From the IMG/VR virus record IMGVR_UViG_3300007960_000015, positions 1-64,000 of that record: 64,000 nucleotides of DNA, one strand, 5' to 3'. Positions 36,842 to 46,547 of this stretch are shown one piece after another. A program made the translations under genes and the position numbers. A model generated the notes under the pieces. It saw only the letters and a list, made by a program, of their open reading frames with translations, had not been told where the DNA came from and did no database searches. Numbering within the stretch: position 1 is the first letter of the stretch; each line of letters starts with the position of its first letter. Origin of the DNA: a virus.

Positions 36842-37479
36842 ATATTCTAGTTATTGGTGGTGGCGAATATGGAAAGTTCGGCAACGACTTTGTAATAAAG
36901 GCAAGAGAAGATGGACATAGAGTCCTTGTCTTATCTCATAGAAGAAGAGCAGATGATCCAGATCAGGTTATTGCTAACTTCACATCAACAAATGATATTA
37001 TAGAGAAGGTAAATTTTTTATGTAAATTAGTTGACCAAATCGATATTATGTTGTATAATACATCTGCCGATGGGGAGCCCAGGGTGCCTATAGCCTATAC
37101 GAGTGGTGGTGTTATTAATGAGAGTCTTTATCTGTTTAACTTCAGACTTCATGCTGTTATTCCTCATGTAATTGCTAATACTGTAATGGAATATATGAGG
37201 GGCGGAAAGATGATCTTTATTACTACCGACATGATTCATGATAGAGAAAGAAGTAAGTATCTTGAGAATGTTGGTTATTGTGGCGGTAAGGCATTCCAGC
37301 ATCAGTTAATGTTAGCGTTAGCTGAATATAATGATAGGAACTTAACTGTATCTTCTATCTCTCCTTTCTTTGATTATAATAATAAAGAGTGTTATAAGTC
37401 AGTATTTGATGCCGCATACAATTATATTTTTGATCATGGAGAAGAGATGAATGGAAAGATATTCGAGTGTTTTGATTAA
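36838..37479 (+). CDS. Short-chain dehydrogenase/reductase-like protein
   Basis: N-terminal ILVIGGGEYGKFG; IDIMLYN; YCGGK (YxxxK). Confidence 0.65.
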   Translation: MNILVIGGGEYGKFGNDFVIKAREDGHRVLVLSHRRRADDPDQVIANFTSTNDIIEKVNFLCKLVDQIDIMLYNTSADGEPRVPIAYTSGGVINESLYLFNFRLHAVIPHVIANTVMEYMRGGKMIFITTDMIHDRERSKYLENVGYCGGKAFQHQLMLALAEYNDRNLTVSSISPFFDYNNKECYKSVFDAAYNYIFDHGEEMNGKIFECFD

Positions 37480-38114
37480 TGCATGATGATTACTACCTTG
37501 GTGGATATGATGATGAAGGAACATACACCTTATATGTTACCTATAAGTGTAACTGGAGATGTGACTATTGCTCAGAAGATACATGGAATAGACCGAGGGT
37601 TAATAACCTGCAGGAGAAACTTGACGCCATTGTAGAAGGATCGGATGTATCAATTACTGGTGGAGAGCCAGGTATCCTTCCTAAGGATATAATGGAAGAT
37701 GTCATTAGGCAACTGAAAGAAAAGAAATGTATAATAAATGTCAATACAAATGGAACATTTTTTAAGAGGTTTAAGTATCTTGATGAACAGGTAGATAGTT
37801 ATCTCTATCATTGTTCAGAGCAATTAGAGGATGAAGAGATTATTATCCCTGACATTGATCAGAATAAGATACAATACATGTTAGTCATTACAGATGACAA
37901 TATGGATAGGTTAGAATATTATGTAAGTAAGTATCCTAATATAAACTTTTTAGTGTTTGGAGCTGATAATGTTATTGGTAAAGGACTATCAAGGAAGAAT
38001 GGTTTTGAGATATCAAGAAAGTACAGGGGAAGGATAGATGATGATTCACATATACATTTGATTACAACCTGCTGGGAAGTAAATCAGATGAGGAATCTAA
38101 GAGCATTACGATGA
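37479..38114 (+). CDS. Radical SAM protein 5 (minimal)
   Basis: CNWRCDYC; ITGGEPG; NTNG; YHCSE. Confidence 0.88.
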   Translation: MHDDYYLGGYDDEGTYTLYVTYKCNWRCDYCSEDTWNRPRVNNLQEKLDAIVEGSDVSITGGEPGILPKDIMEDVIRQLKEKKCIINVNTNGTFFKRFKYLDEQVDSYLYHCSEQLEDEEIIIPDIDQNKIQYMLVITDDNMDRLEYYVSKYPNINFLVFGADNVIGKGLSRKNGFEISRKYRGRIDDDSHIHLITTCWEVNQMRNLRALR

Positions 38115-38683
38115 AGGAAGTAGAATTATCATTAACTAATAAGTGTCAATGGCACTGTGATTATTGTGTAGCTGATATACATAATCAACCTCTTCGTAAA
38201 TATAAAGATGTATTAGAAGATGCGAGGAATATATTACCTAAAACAGAAGTAACTTTTTCTGGTGGTGAGCCTGGCCTTCTTAAAAGAGAACAGATTAAGG
38301 AGTTAATTTCTATACTGGAAGAAAAAAACTGTCCGATAGATCTATTAACTAACGGACTTTTCATAAAGAGATTTCCTGATTTATTAAAACATTTTGGAAA
38401 GGTTCATTATCATTGTGTAGAATATATCGGAGATGACATTGAATTTCCTAATAGAGATGATGTAATATATTGTGTTGTGGTTGAAGATAAGAACTTATTA
38501 GACGGAAGTTTAATTAAGATGATTAATAGATATCCTCATATTAAATTTTTAACTTTATTTGACGTAAGGAACCAACACAAGATTAATCTTAATAATATGA
38601 AGAAGTTTGTTAATGAATATAAAGATAAGATACATCCTACGGCTTTAGATGAATTCATTACTGTAGTGAGTAGGTGGCATTGA
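38111..38683 (+). CDS. Radical SAM protein 6 (minimal)
   Basis: CQWHCDYC; FSGGEPG; LTNG; YHCVE. Confidence 0.88.
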   Translation: MKEVELSLTNKCQWHCDYCVADIHNQPLRKYKDVLEDARNILPKTEVTFSGGEPGLLKREQIKELISILEEKNCPIDLLTNGLFIKRFPDLLKHFGKVHYHCVEYIGDDIEFPNRDDVIYCVVVEDKNLLDGSLIKMINRYPHIKFLTLFDVRNQHKINLNNMKKFVNEYKDKIHPTALDEFITVVSRWH

Positions 38684-39288
38684 TGGCTATACAAGCGAAA
38701 GAAAAAGAAATTGAATTAGTTATTACTTGGACTTGTCAATGGCATTGTGAATATTGTTGTGTAGATACTCATAACAGGCCTAAATTATCTTTTGATGAAG
38801 TTAAAAAGAAATTAGATAAAATTATACCCGGATATAATGTGACATTATCTGGCGGTGAACCTGGTGCTCTAAAAAGAGAGCAATTAGAATTTTTATTAGA
38901 TGAGCTTGAGAAGAGAGGATGTGAACCTTCTATCAATACTAATGGTTTATTCTTAAAGAAGTATCCAGATCTTATTGATAGATTCGCCACGATATTGTAT
39001 CATTGTAGTGAAGATATTAATTTGGATGATCCATTGTTAATAGGTGATTATGAATATCTATTAATAGTAACCGATAATAACTTTGAAAGGCTAGGACCAT
39101 TTTTAGACAAGTATCCGGATATACAATTTAATTTAGTAGCTGCTACCAATCCGAAGGGAATATACGGTGTTACTTTATCTATTGAAAACAAACATAAAAT
39201 GTTAAAACTATACCATAATAGAATGACTAAAGAATCTATTAAGAGAGTATTTAAAGAGAAAGATTTTGATGCAATCACCTATCTATAA
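38683..39288 (+). CDS. Radical SAM protein 7 (minimal)
   Basis: ATG 38683 (TGATG coupling); CQWHCEYC; LSGGEPG; NTNG; YHCSE. Confidence 0.88.
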   Translation: MAIQAKEKEIELVITWTCQWHCEYCCVDTHNRPKLSFDEVKKKLDKIIPGYNVTLSGGEPGALKREQLEFLLDELEKRGCEPSINTNGLFLKKYPDLIDRFATILYHCSEDINLDDPLLIGDYEYLLIVTDNNFERLGPFLDKYPDIQFNLVAATNPKGIYGVTLSIENKHKMLKLYHNRMTKESIKRVFKEKDFDAITYL

Positions 39289-40153
39289 AGAACAAAATAA
39301 AGAAGACATAATCAGGATTGAATTAGAATTAACTTCTCTTTGCAATCTTAAATGTCCCTTATGTGTAAGAGAAACATTTCCGGTTGCCAAATATGATACA
39401 AGAGGGTATAATAGTATTATTGAGCAATTAAATGAGTATTCGAATCTTAAATTTGTAACTATAGCCGGTGCGATAAGTGAACCTACTAGTCATCCCGATC
39501 TATTTAAAATAATACAGTATCTTAATGATAGAGATATTGAAATTTCATTATACATTAACGGTGATACTAAAACAGATTTATATTACTCTAAATTAGGATT
39601 AATATTTAGGGGATGTAAGGGCCATGTCTATTTCACTATTGCTGGATCAACACAAGAACTCCATGAGAGATATAGAGTAGGATCAGATAGACAAAGGGTA
39701 TTAAGGCGTTTAGATTTAGTTAACAAATATTCTGGTAATAAAGGCATATTAACGTGGTTGGTATTTAATTATAATCAGGAGGATTTTGAACAGAACTATC
39801 AATATTATAAAGACAGATATAATACTGAGTTCTTTCATACTCTTCCTTTCCAAGAACATTTTAATTGGGATATAGATATACACCTACCTAAAAAAGAACA
39901 TGAATTGTATATAACTCAGATTAATAGAAATGTATATCCAACAACTTGCGTATCTAATCAAAATAACTTTGTACAGATATTACATGATGGGGAGGTAACT
40001 CCCTGTTCTTTATATAGACTCCATGGTGAAAAACATTGTTGGGAGTGCCATAAAGAAAACCTGGATATGTTAAGAAAGAATAAGATTTATAATATAGCAG
40101 AGAGTGAAACTGAGACCTCTGAAATACCATTAAGGTTGTATTATGATTGTTAG
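39269..40153 (+). CDS. Radical SAM protein 8 (Twitch-like)
   Basis: ELTSLCNLKCPLCVR; GAISEPT; TIAGSTQELHERYR; C..DGEVTPC..CWEC. Confidence 0.88.
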   Translation: MQSPIYKEQNKEDIIRIELELTSLCNLKCPLCVRETFPVAKYDTRGYNSIIEQLNEYSNLKFVTIAGAISEPTSHPDLFKIIQYLNDRDIEISLYINGDTKTDLYYSKLGLIFRGCKGHVYFTIAGSTQELHERYRVGSDRQRVLRRLDLVNKYSGNKGILTWLVFNYNQEDFEQNYQYYKDRYNTEFFHTLPFQEHFNWDIDIHLPKKEHELYITQINRNVYPTTCVSNQNNFVQILHDGEVTPCSLYRLHGEKHCWECHKENLDMLRKNKIYNIAESETETSEIPLRLYYDC

Positions 40154-41054
40154 TAAAGCGGATATTGAAGAAATAGAAATGGATTTGGTGGGGATGTGTA
40201 ATCTATCGTGTCCTCTGTGTACTAGAAATTATGTTCATGCAGAACATATGCTATCTAAAAATGTACGCCATATTGATGAGATAATTAAACAATTAGATCA
40301 ATATCCCAACTTACAAAGGTTCTTTGTTGCTGGCGCTGTATCTGAACCTACTATGTACAAATACTTCGATGAATTTATTGATTATTTAAATAGCAGAGAC
40401 ATATATTATGAAATATTCACTAATGGTAATACAAGAAGTGAAGATTGGTGGTATCAATTAGGACAGAAGGTTCCTTCAAAATGTTTTACAGCATTTACTA
40501 TATGTGGAAGCAATCAAGAAATGCATGAGAAATATAGAGTAGGTTCTTCATTAGATGAAATCCTAAGGCATGCCAGGGCTTATAGAAAGGCCGGAAAGAA
40601 TAATGATATGATACAAACTATTAGATTTGATTATAATAAAGAAGATTTAGAGTCATCTCAAATGAAAGAACTTATTGATGAGTTCTCTCTTCATCTTCCT
40701 GTTGATACTGAAGGAATAAGAAGGCGTAATGAATATCAAGAAGATGTAGCAGATGGTGTACAGCCCATTGAGATTAGAGATCAACTTATTAAACAATTAT
40801 TTGCGAGAAGACCTAAACCAGATGATGGAAAGGAATATACTATACAATGTAACTCCATAAAGAATAAAAAAATATACATTAATCAATATGGACAGGTAGC
40901 TGCTTGTTATATCCACGCAGAGAATGAACAGGATTATTTTGACGATGTAATGGATTATGGTGATATTTTAGAATTTAAATACCCGGATTGTTTTGTATGT
41001 GAAAAACAAACGAGAACATTTATTGAAAAAATGGGATTAGAATTTATATGTTAA
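40143..41054 (+). CDS. Radical SAM protein 9 (Twitch-like)
   Basis: CNLSCPLCTR; GAVSEPT; TICGSNQEMHEKYR; C..GQVAAC..CFVC. Confidence 0.88.
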   Translation: MIVSKADIEEIEMDLVGMCNLSCPLCTRNYVHAEHMLSKNVRHIDEIIKQLDQYPNLQRFFVAGAVSEPTMYKYFDEFIDYLNSRDIYYEIFTNGNTRSEDWWYQLGQKVPSKCFTAFTICGSNQEMHEKYRVGSSLDEILRHARAYRKAGKNNDMIQTIRFDYNKEDLESSQMKELIDEFSLHLPVDTEGIRRRNEYQEDVADGVQPIEIRDQLIKQLFARRPKPDDGKEYTIQCNSIKNKKIYINQYGQVAACYIHAENEQDYFDDVMDYGDILEFKYPDCFVCEKQTRTFIEKMGLEFIC

Positions 41055-41926
41055 TTGAAGAAATTGAAATTGAATTAACCTCTATATGTAATGCGAAATG
41101 CCAATTGTGTTATAGGAATTATAAAAGTTATAAGCCCACTAAAATCATTAGACCTATTGATGATGTTATATCTCAATTGGATAGTTATAAGTCACTTAAA
41201 CGCATTAAATTAGTAGGAGTAGAATCGGAGCCTACTATCCATCCTGAGTTTCTTAAATTGATTACTTGGCTAAAATCAGAGGATATTCATATTGAAATAT
41301 GTACTAACGGCGATACTAAAACACCTGCCTTTTGGAGAAAATTGGGTATACTATTAGATAAGGACGATGAAGTTTATTTTACTATATGTGGAAGTACTCA
41401 AGAGCTACATCAAAGATATAGAAGAAATACCAGATTAGATAAAATACTTAGGAATGCGGCTGCTATGAGGGAAGCAGGAAAGCCGACCGATTATGCACAA
41501 TGTATTAGATTCTCATATAATGACGAGGACTTTAATAGTAAGAAATTTCAGGATATGGTATCTGTATTCTCCAACGTCTATTGGACTGAAACCTATCTCC
41601 ATAAAGATTTAAATAATTATGTTGATATTGAAGGGATGGAATATTTAACCCCACCTATACAAAAGCAAGATAGTTATTATAAGGTAGAATTATTAGCTGA
41701 TGCTTTATATAAAGCAGATGGATTTAAAGAGACATTATGTATGGCTGAAGAAAGTAAGTCGATTCAGATAGATGTTCATGGTAATCTATATCCGTGTTAT
41801 CTTCATAAAGAAGCTGATATTCCGTGGACGGGTGAGTATGGAAGTGGAGAGATTGAAACATGCAAGTTTTGTATTAAAGGCGTTAGACAATTATGTCATG
41901 ATAAACAATTGGAGTATGTAATATGA
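41048..41926 (+). CDS. Radical SAM protein 10 (Twitch-like)
   Basis: ELTSICNAKCQLCYR; GVESEPT; TICGSTQELHQRYR; C..GNLYPC..CKFC. Confidence 0.88.
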   Translation: MLIEEIEIELTSICNAKCQLCYRNYKSYKPTKIIRPIDDVISQLDSYKSLKRIKLVGVESEPTIHPEFLKLITWLKSEDIHIEICTNGDTKTPAFWRKLGILLDKDDEVYFTICGSTQELHQRYRRNTRLDKILRNAAAMREAGKPTDYAQCIRFSYNDEDFNSKKFQDMVSVFSNVYWTETYLHKDLNNYVDIEGMEYLTPPIQKQDSYYKVELLADALYKADGFKETLCMAEESKSIQIDVHGNLYPCYLHKEADIPWTGEYGSGEIETCKFCIKGVRQLCHDKQLEYVI

Positions 41927-42714
41927 AAAATATATTAATTACTGGGGGCGGAGGAACTATAGGTGCTGGCTTAGTTAAAAGTTTATATGAAAGATATAAT
42001 GTAATAGCACAAGATATTTCTGAATATAATTTATATAAGTTAAAGCGCGAAATACCCTCGTTAAAGATATCTTGTGGTGATTTAAAAAATAGAAATTATG
42101 TGCGTCGTCTATTTGATAATAATGAGATAGATACCGTATTCCATTGCGCTGCCTATAAACATGTGGATTTACAAGAAGAGGATTTTCAAACGACCTGGGA
42201 TAATAATGTTAAGCCTGTTATTAATATTCTTAATCATGAGTTTGATACATTCGTTTTATTATCTACAGATAAGGCGGTGGACGCTGTGAATAATATGGGG
42301 AAGACAAAGAGAAAATGCGAAACCTTAACAAAATCATCTGATAATCAGAAGAATAGAAAAATCGTAAGGTTTGGTAATGTATATGGATCTTCAGGATCAT
42401 TTATTGAGACTATGAATTGGCAAATAGAAAATAATATGCCGGTTACCATTACTGATGTGGACATGTCAAGATATTTTCTTACATTAGATGAGGCTGTAGA
42501 AATGTTAGAAAAGGTGGTTGAAATCGATGAGGGAAATGGGACATATATATTAGACATGGGAGAAGAGGTTAAGATTATTGACCTTGTGCCACCTTTGCAT
42601 CCTATTGATATTATCGGAATAAGACCTGGTGAAAAGATTAAAGAAGTATTGTATTCCGGAAACCAGGAATTAATTGATACAAGTGATGAGAAAATTAAAA
42701 AAATATTATGGTAA
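41923..42714 (+). CDS. UDP-GlcNAc 4,6-dehydratase-like protein (CapD/PglF/PseB family, soluble)
   Basis: ITGGGGTIG; HCAAYKHV; STDKAV..NNMGKTK; VRFGNVYGSSGS; LDMGE; GIRPGEK. Confidence 0.88.
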   Translation: MKNILITGGGGTIGAGLVKSLYERYNVIAQDISEYNLYKLKREIPSLKISCGDLKNRNYVRRLFDNNEIDTVFHCAAYKHVDLQEEDFQTTWDNNVKPVINILNHEFDTFVLLSTDKAVDAVNNMGKTKRKCETLTKSSDNQKNRKIVRFGNVYGSSGSFIETMNWQIENNMPVTITDVDMSRYFLTLDEAVEMLEKVVEIDEGNGTYILDMGEEVKIIDLVPPLHPIDIIGIRPGEKIKEVLYSGNQELIDTSDEKIKKILW

Positions 42715-43307
42715 ATAATAATGATTTTATAGAATTATTTGAAAAGAGGTTATGTGAATTTACCGGTGCACCTTACGCTGTTGCAGTAGATTGTTGTACT
42801 AATGCTATCCTCCTTAGTGTAGTTGCTTCTAATATTAATAGTATAATCACTCTTCCAAGTAATACCTATCTTTCTGTTCCTATGACGTTAATTAATAATG
42901 GCTATGATATATCATTCCATGATTATAAGTGGAATGAGTCTTATAAAGTAACACACAATATATGGGATTGTGCTGTTGGTTTTAAAGAAGGCATGTATTC
43001 AGTAGGACAAGTTCAATGTTTATCCTTCCAACAAAAAAAGAGATTACCTATAGGGAAGGGAGGAGCCATATTAACTGATGATATGGAGTTAGCAAAGAAA
43101 CTTCGTAGATTAAGGCACGATGGTAGAGACTCTTCAATTCCTGTTGTTGATGATGATCCCAAGAAAATTACAATAGGTTATCATATGTACATGAGCCCCG
43201 ATCAGGCTGCGAAGGGTATACTCCTTCTTAATCAAATCCAAGAATATAAAAAATCAGGATGGTATGATTATCCTGACATTTCTAAATTACCATGCTTTAC
43301 GCCTTAA
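42708..43307 (+). CDS. DegT/DnrJ/EryC1/StrS aminotransferase (short)
   Basis: FEKRLCEFTGAPYAVAVDCCT.A; DCA; SFQQKKRLPIGKGGAILTDD; LRHDGR. Confidence 0.82.
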   Translation: MVNNNDFIELFEKRLCEFTGAPYAVAVDCCTNAILLSVVASNINSIITLPSNTYLSVPMTLINNGYDISFHDYKWNESYKVTHNIWDCAVGFKEGMYSVGQVQCLSFQQKKRLPIGKGGAILTDDMELAKKLRRLRHDGRDSSIPVVDDDPKKITIGYHMYMSPDQAAKGILLLNQIQEYKKSGWYDYPDISKLPCFTP

Positions 43308-44116
43308 TTGCTGCTATAGAATCTGAGTTTAACGACACTAACGTTAATACAGGAATATGTGAATCTTGTAAAAGACGTTTGGAAAGTGAAGCTATTGAAT
43401 GTTTTAGTAAGTGGAGAGAGAATGGCGGATGGTTAAAAGATATTCCGATCTATGCTGTATGCCCCACTAAAAACGTTATATCAGAAGATACAAAAGAGAA
43501 ATTCAATGAATTGAATGTAACTTATATTGAAGAATATAAAAGTGTAACCGAAACATTTACTTCAGGATTCTTAAATATTCCTTTAATAGGAATGATGATG
43601 GAAGAAAGATTAAAAGAAGATTTCTTTATTAAAATAGATTTGGATATGAATCTAATTAAACCTCTTCCGAAGAGTATGTTTGAAAATGATATTACATTAG
43701 GACAGTATGATGATTATTGTACGAAGATGCAAAGAGGTGGTTTAGACGGCTCTAATCCTATGGATACCGGATTCTTAATATCTAAAAGAAAGAGCGGCAT
43801 ATACAAACATTGGTTTGATATAGTAATGAGTATAATGGGAAGTGATGATCCTGAGTGGTTAAAGGTAAAAGCACAAACAGGGGAATACTTTTTAGAAGAA
43901 TTCTGTATGGATAAAATAGTATCATCAAATAAATTTGATATTAAATTAATTCAGAAATATCAAATAGGGGAATGGTACACACCTGTGAAAGAATATAGCG
44001 ACGCGGAATTAGAAAATGTATATTTTTGGCATGAACATATCGAATATGATAAACAAGGATATGATAAGATTCGTGAGAAAATAGAATATCTAAAGAGAAT
44101 AAATGGTAAACAGTAA
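43292..44116 (+). CDS. Putative GT-A glycosyltransferase-like protein
   Basis: FIKIDLDM (DxD); MDTGFLIS; FWHEH. Confidence 0.45.
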   Translation: MLYALIAAIESEFNDTNVNTGICESCKRRLESEAIECFSKWRENGGWLKDIPIYAVCPTKNVISEDTKEKFNELNVTYIEEYKSVTETFTSGFLNIPLIGMMMEERLKEDFFIKIDLDMNLIKPLPKSMFENDITLGQYDDYCTKMQRGGLDGSNPMDTGFLISKRKSGIYKHWFDIVMSIMGSDDPEWLKVKAQTGEYFLEEFCMDKIVSSNKFDIKLIQKYQIGEWYTPVKEYSDAELENVYFWHEHIEYDKQGYDKIREKIEYLKRINGKQ

Positions 44117-45155
44117 TACATCATTTGGAAAACTTAATAAGGTTGTTGTTGGAAGAGAACTACAATTAGAAAGAAGATTATCTGATATAACATTCAGACA
44201 ATTTTATCGTGAAGCCATAGGTGAAAAGATATACGAAAGTCCTATTGACGAATATCATGTTACTATGGACCTTATTGATTTAAGAAATAAGGAATTAGAT
44301 GATTTAGAAAAAACACTTTCAAAATATTGTAAGGTATACAGACCCGAACCTTTAACTAAGATTATTCCATTTTCTACACCGTCATTTAAATCAGAATTAT
44401 CTTCAGCTTCTAATGTTAGAGATTTAACGTTAGTGTATAATGATAAGTTAATAGAAACACCTACCTTTGTTAGAAATAGGTATTATGAAAATACTTTATT
44501 ATATGATGTATATGATGAAGTAACGGGTGGGCATAATTGGATTAAAGCCCCTCATACTAAACTAACTGAAGATACTATTGATTTAGAACATTGGGGGGAT
44601 AAGAGAGATTATAATAACCCTCCTAAAAATTATGTTATGGCTATTGATGGTGCACAATTCCTTAGAATAGGAAGAGATTGTATTGTTAATGTAAATAGTT
44701 ATAATCACTATAAAGGTTATCAATGGGTTAAATCATTCTTTCCTGAAACTGATTTTCATATGATACATGTTGCAGATAATCATATAGATGGTGCAATAGT
44801 AAGCTTATGTCCTGGTAAATTTTTAGTTGACCCGAAGTATAAAGGAATAGAGAAGTTAATGCCTGACCAATTTAAAAATTGGGAATATCTTTATCCTGAA
44901 AATTTAACTGAAGAATATAATGGACCTGATATTGAAATGCGGTTAGCTTCATCTCGTGGAATGGATATTAATGTATTAAGTATCGACGAAAATACTGTTG
45001 TTGTAAATAAGAGAGCTGTTGGTGTTAAGGATATATTAGATAAACATGGATTCAATGTTATTGAAGTTACATTAGAGAATGGTGAAATCTTTGCTGGGGG
45101 TATTCATTGTTCTACCCTGGACTTAGATAGAGATGATGAATACATATATTATTAA
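44103..45155 (+). CDS. Amidinotransferase (glycine/inosamine-phosphate amidinotransferase family)
   Basis: L.KVVVG; V.RP; VRD; IDGA..LRIGRD; HIDG; NVLSIDE; GGIHCSTLDL.R (catalytic Cys/His/Asp). Confidence 0.88.
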   Translation: MVNSNTSFGKLNKVVVGRELQLERRLSDITFRQFYREAIGEKIYESPIDEYHVTMDLIDLRNKELDDLEKTLSKYCKVYRPEPLTKIIPFSTPSFKSELSSASNVRDLTLVYNDKLIETPTFVRNRYYENTLLYDVYDEVTGGHNWIKAPHTKLTEDTIDLEHWGDKRDYNNPPKNYVMAIDGAQFLRIGRDCIVNVNSYNHYKGYQWVKSFFPETDFHMIHVADNHIDGAIVSLCPGKFLVDPKYKGIEKLMPDQFKNWEYLYPENLTEEYNGPDIEMRLASSRGMDINVLSIDENTVVVNKRAVGVKDILDKHGFNVIEVTLENGEIFAGGIHCSTLDLDRDDEYIYY

Positions 45156-45777
45156 TGAAAAGGTTAGATTAATTAGACAAGCACAATCTGATTATAAAAA
45201 AGACTTTGGATTAGATTACACACCATTTACTCGGAAGAATTTCTTTTATTTTTTCGTAAGAGATAATAAGAAATACGTTCATAAAGAATCATTGCGATTT
45301 GTATACACTAATGCAGATACATTCCATAATGATTCAGATCCAACGTTTTGTTATTTACAAAAACAAGTGGATATTCCTGATGTTGTATCTTTCTTAGGAT
45401 CTGCTAAATCCAATCTCCTTCCAACTCTATTAGAAGAAACCAATAGCTTTCTGGTATTTGATTATATTCCGGGTGAGCCTGTAAAATCGTTAAATGAAAA
45501 AGATTATAAATACATTAGAAATGAGGTGGATAAACTTGAGTTGACACCATTCTACAATTCGATGACTTATAATCTTTTAAAGAATAATAATAAAGTATAT
45601 CTCATTGATTTGAAGCATTTTGAAAAGAAAGTTGATATTCCTTTCTTTATTTACTTTTATAACTATGATTTTGGTATAAATACATTATACACGGACGAAC
45701 GAAGTAACGTCAGTTTAATTAAGGAAATTATCGATGTTGATTATCCATTCGATAAAGCCAATATAATTTATTATTAG
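45133..45777 (+). CDS. Kinase-like (APH/RIO-type fold) hypothetical protein
   Basis: LPTLL....LVFDYIPGEP; NLL....VYLIDL. Confidence 0.45.
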   Translation: MMNTYIINEKVRLIRQAQSDYKKDFGLDYTPFTRKNFFYFFVRDNKKYVHKESLRFVYTNADTFHNDSDPTFCYLQKQVDIPDVVSFLGSAKSNLLPTLLEETNSFLVFDYIPGEPVKSLNEKDYKYIRNEVDKLELTPFYNSMTYNLLKNNNKVYLIDLKHFEKKVDIPFFIYFYNYDFGINTLYTDERSNVSLIKEIIDVDYPFDKANIIYY

Positions 45778-45787
45778 GAACGAGTTT

Positions 45788-46546
45788 ATGTCAATTATTA
45801 CGCCAGAAGAAGAGAACGCCATAGATCCAGTATATGGAGATGTCAGAACATCTTTAGATAGGTTTTGTGAATATGATGAGTCATTACAAGAAGGATGCAG
45901 AAGAACACAAACTATGTTGGCAATTGAGGAATTATATGACACCGCAGTAATTCCAGAAATGGATTGGGGTCATTGGGATCTTTTCTGTGTTTTAGATAAT
46001 AAAGTATATGTAGATAAGACATGGCTTGAATGGAATATTGAACTCGATGCGAGTGAGGATAATTCTAATGATCCAGTCAATGATGATTTAGAGTATGTTC
46101 AAGAGAAAGCTGGAGCGGATTGGCTGGTTATTGATATGGATAAGATACAAGCAATTGTCGACGATAATAATCATTGCCTTCCTGCTTTAAAAGATTCTAA
46201 TGATAGATTTTATAGATTTAATGATGTAGGCGATTTCGTTGTTACAACTGACAATATCACTAGAGATATATTAACAATGATTGAGTCTGATCTCGCCAGT
46301 GAAGACGTTAACCCTCTTCTTAATGATTTAAAAGGCTCTGTATACTTGTTAAATGATAGAGCTTATTGTCCAAACCTATTAGCTTATGGCCATAATCCTT
46401 TAGCTAAATTTGGTTTATTATTAACTGATAATAACGATGATGTTTTCTTTTATCCATTTAATGAACTTACTGCTGAACAAGAGGAGTTTGTTAATAAACT
46501 AGTTTCTTCAGAAGGCTTAACAGGAGTAGAAATAGTCAATTTATAA
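45788..46546 (+). CDS. Acidic hypothetical protein, degenerate paralogue of 45133
   Basis: FCVLDNKVYVDK vs FFVRDNKKYVHK; LPALKDSNDRF vs LPTLLEETNSF. Confidence 0.5.
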   Translation: MSIITPEEENAIDPVYGDVRTSLDRFCEYDESLQEGCRRTQTMLAIEELYDTAVIPEMDWGHWDLFCVLDNKVYVDKTWLEWNIELDASEDNSNDPVNDDLEYVQEKAGADWLVIDMDKIQAIVDDNNHCLPALKDSNDRFYRFNDVGDFVVTTDNITRDILTMIESDLASEDVNPLLNDLKGSVYLLNDRAYCPNLLAYGHNPLAKFGLLLTDNNDDVFFYPFNELTAEQEEFVNKLVSSEGLTGVEIVNL

Positions 46547-46547
46547 T

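Noticed and set aside
37479-39288. 7-deazaguanine (QueE/QueC) DNA-modification pathway
   Set aside because: No folE, queD or dpdA recognised in the window; the PP-loop proteins have AsnB-type GD motifs rather than QueC Zn-Cys motifs
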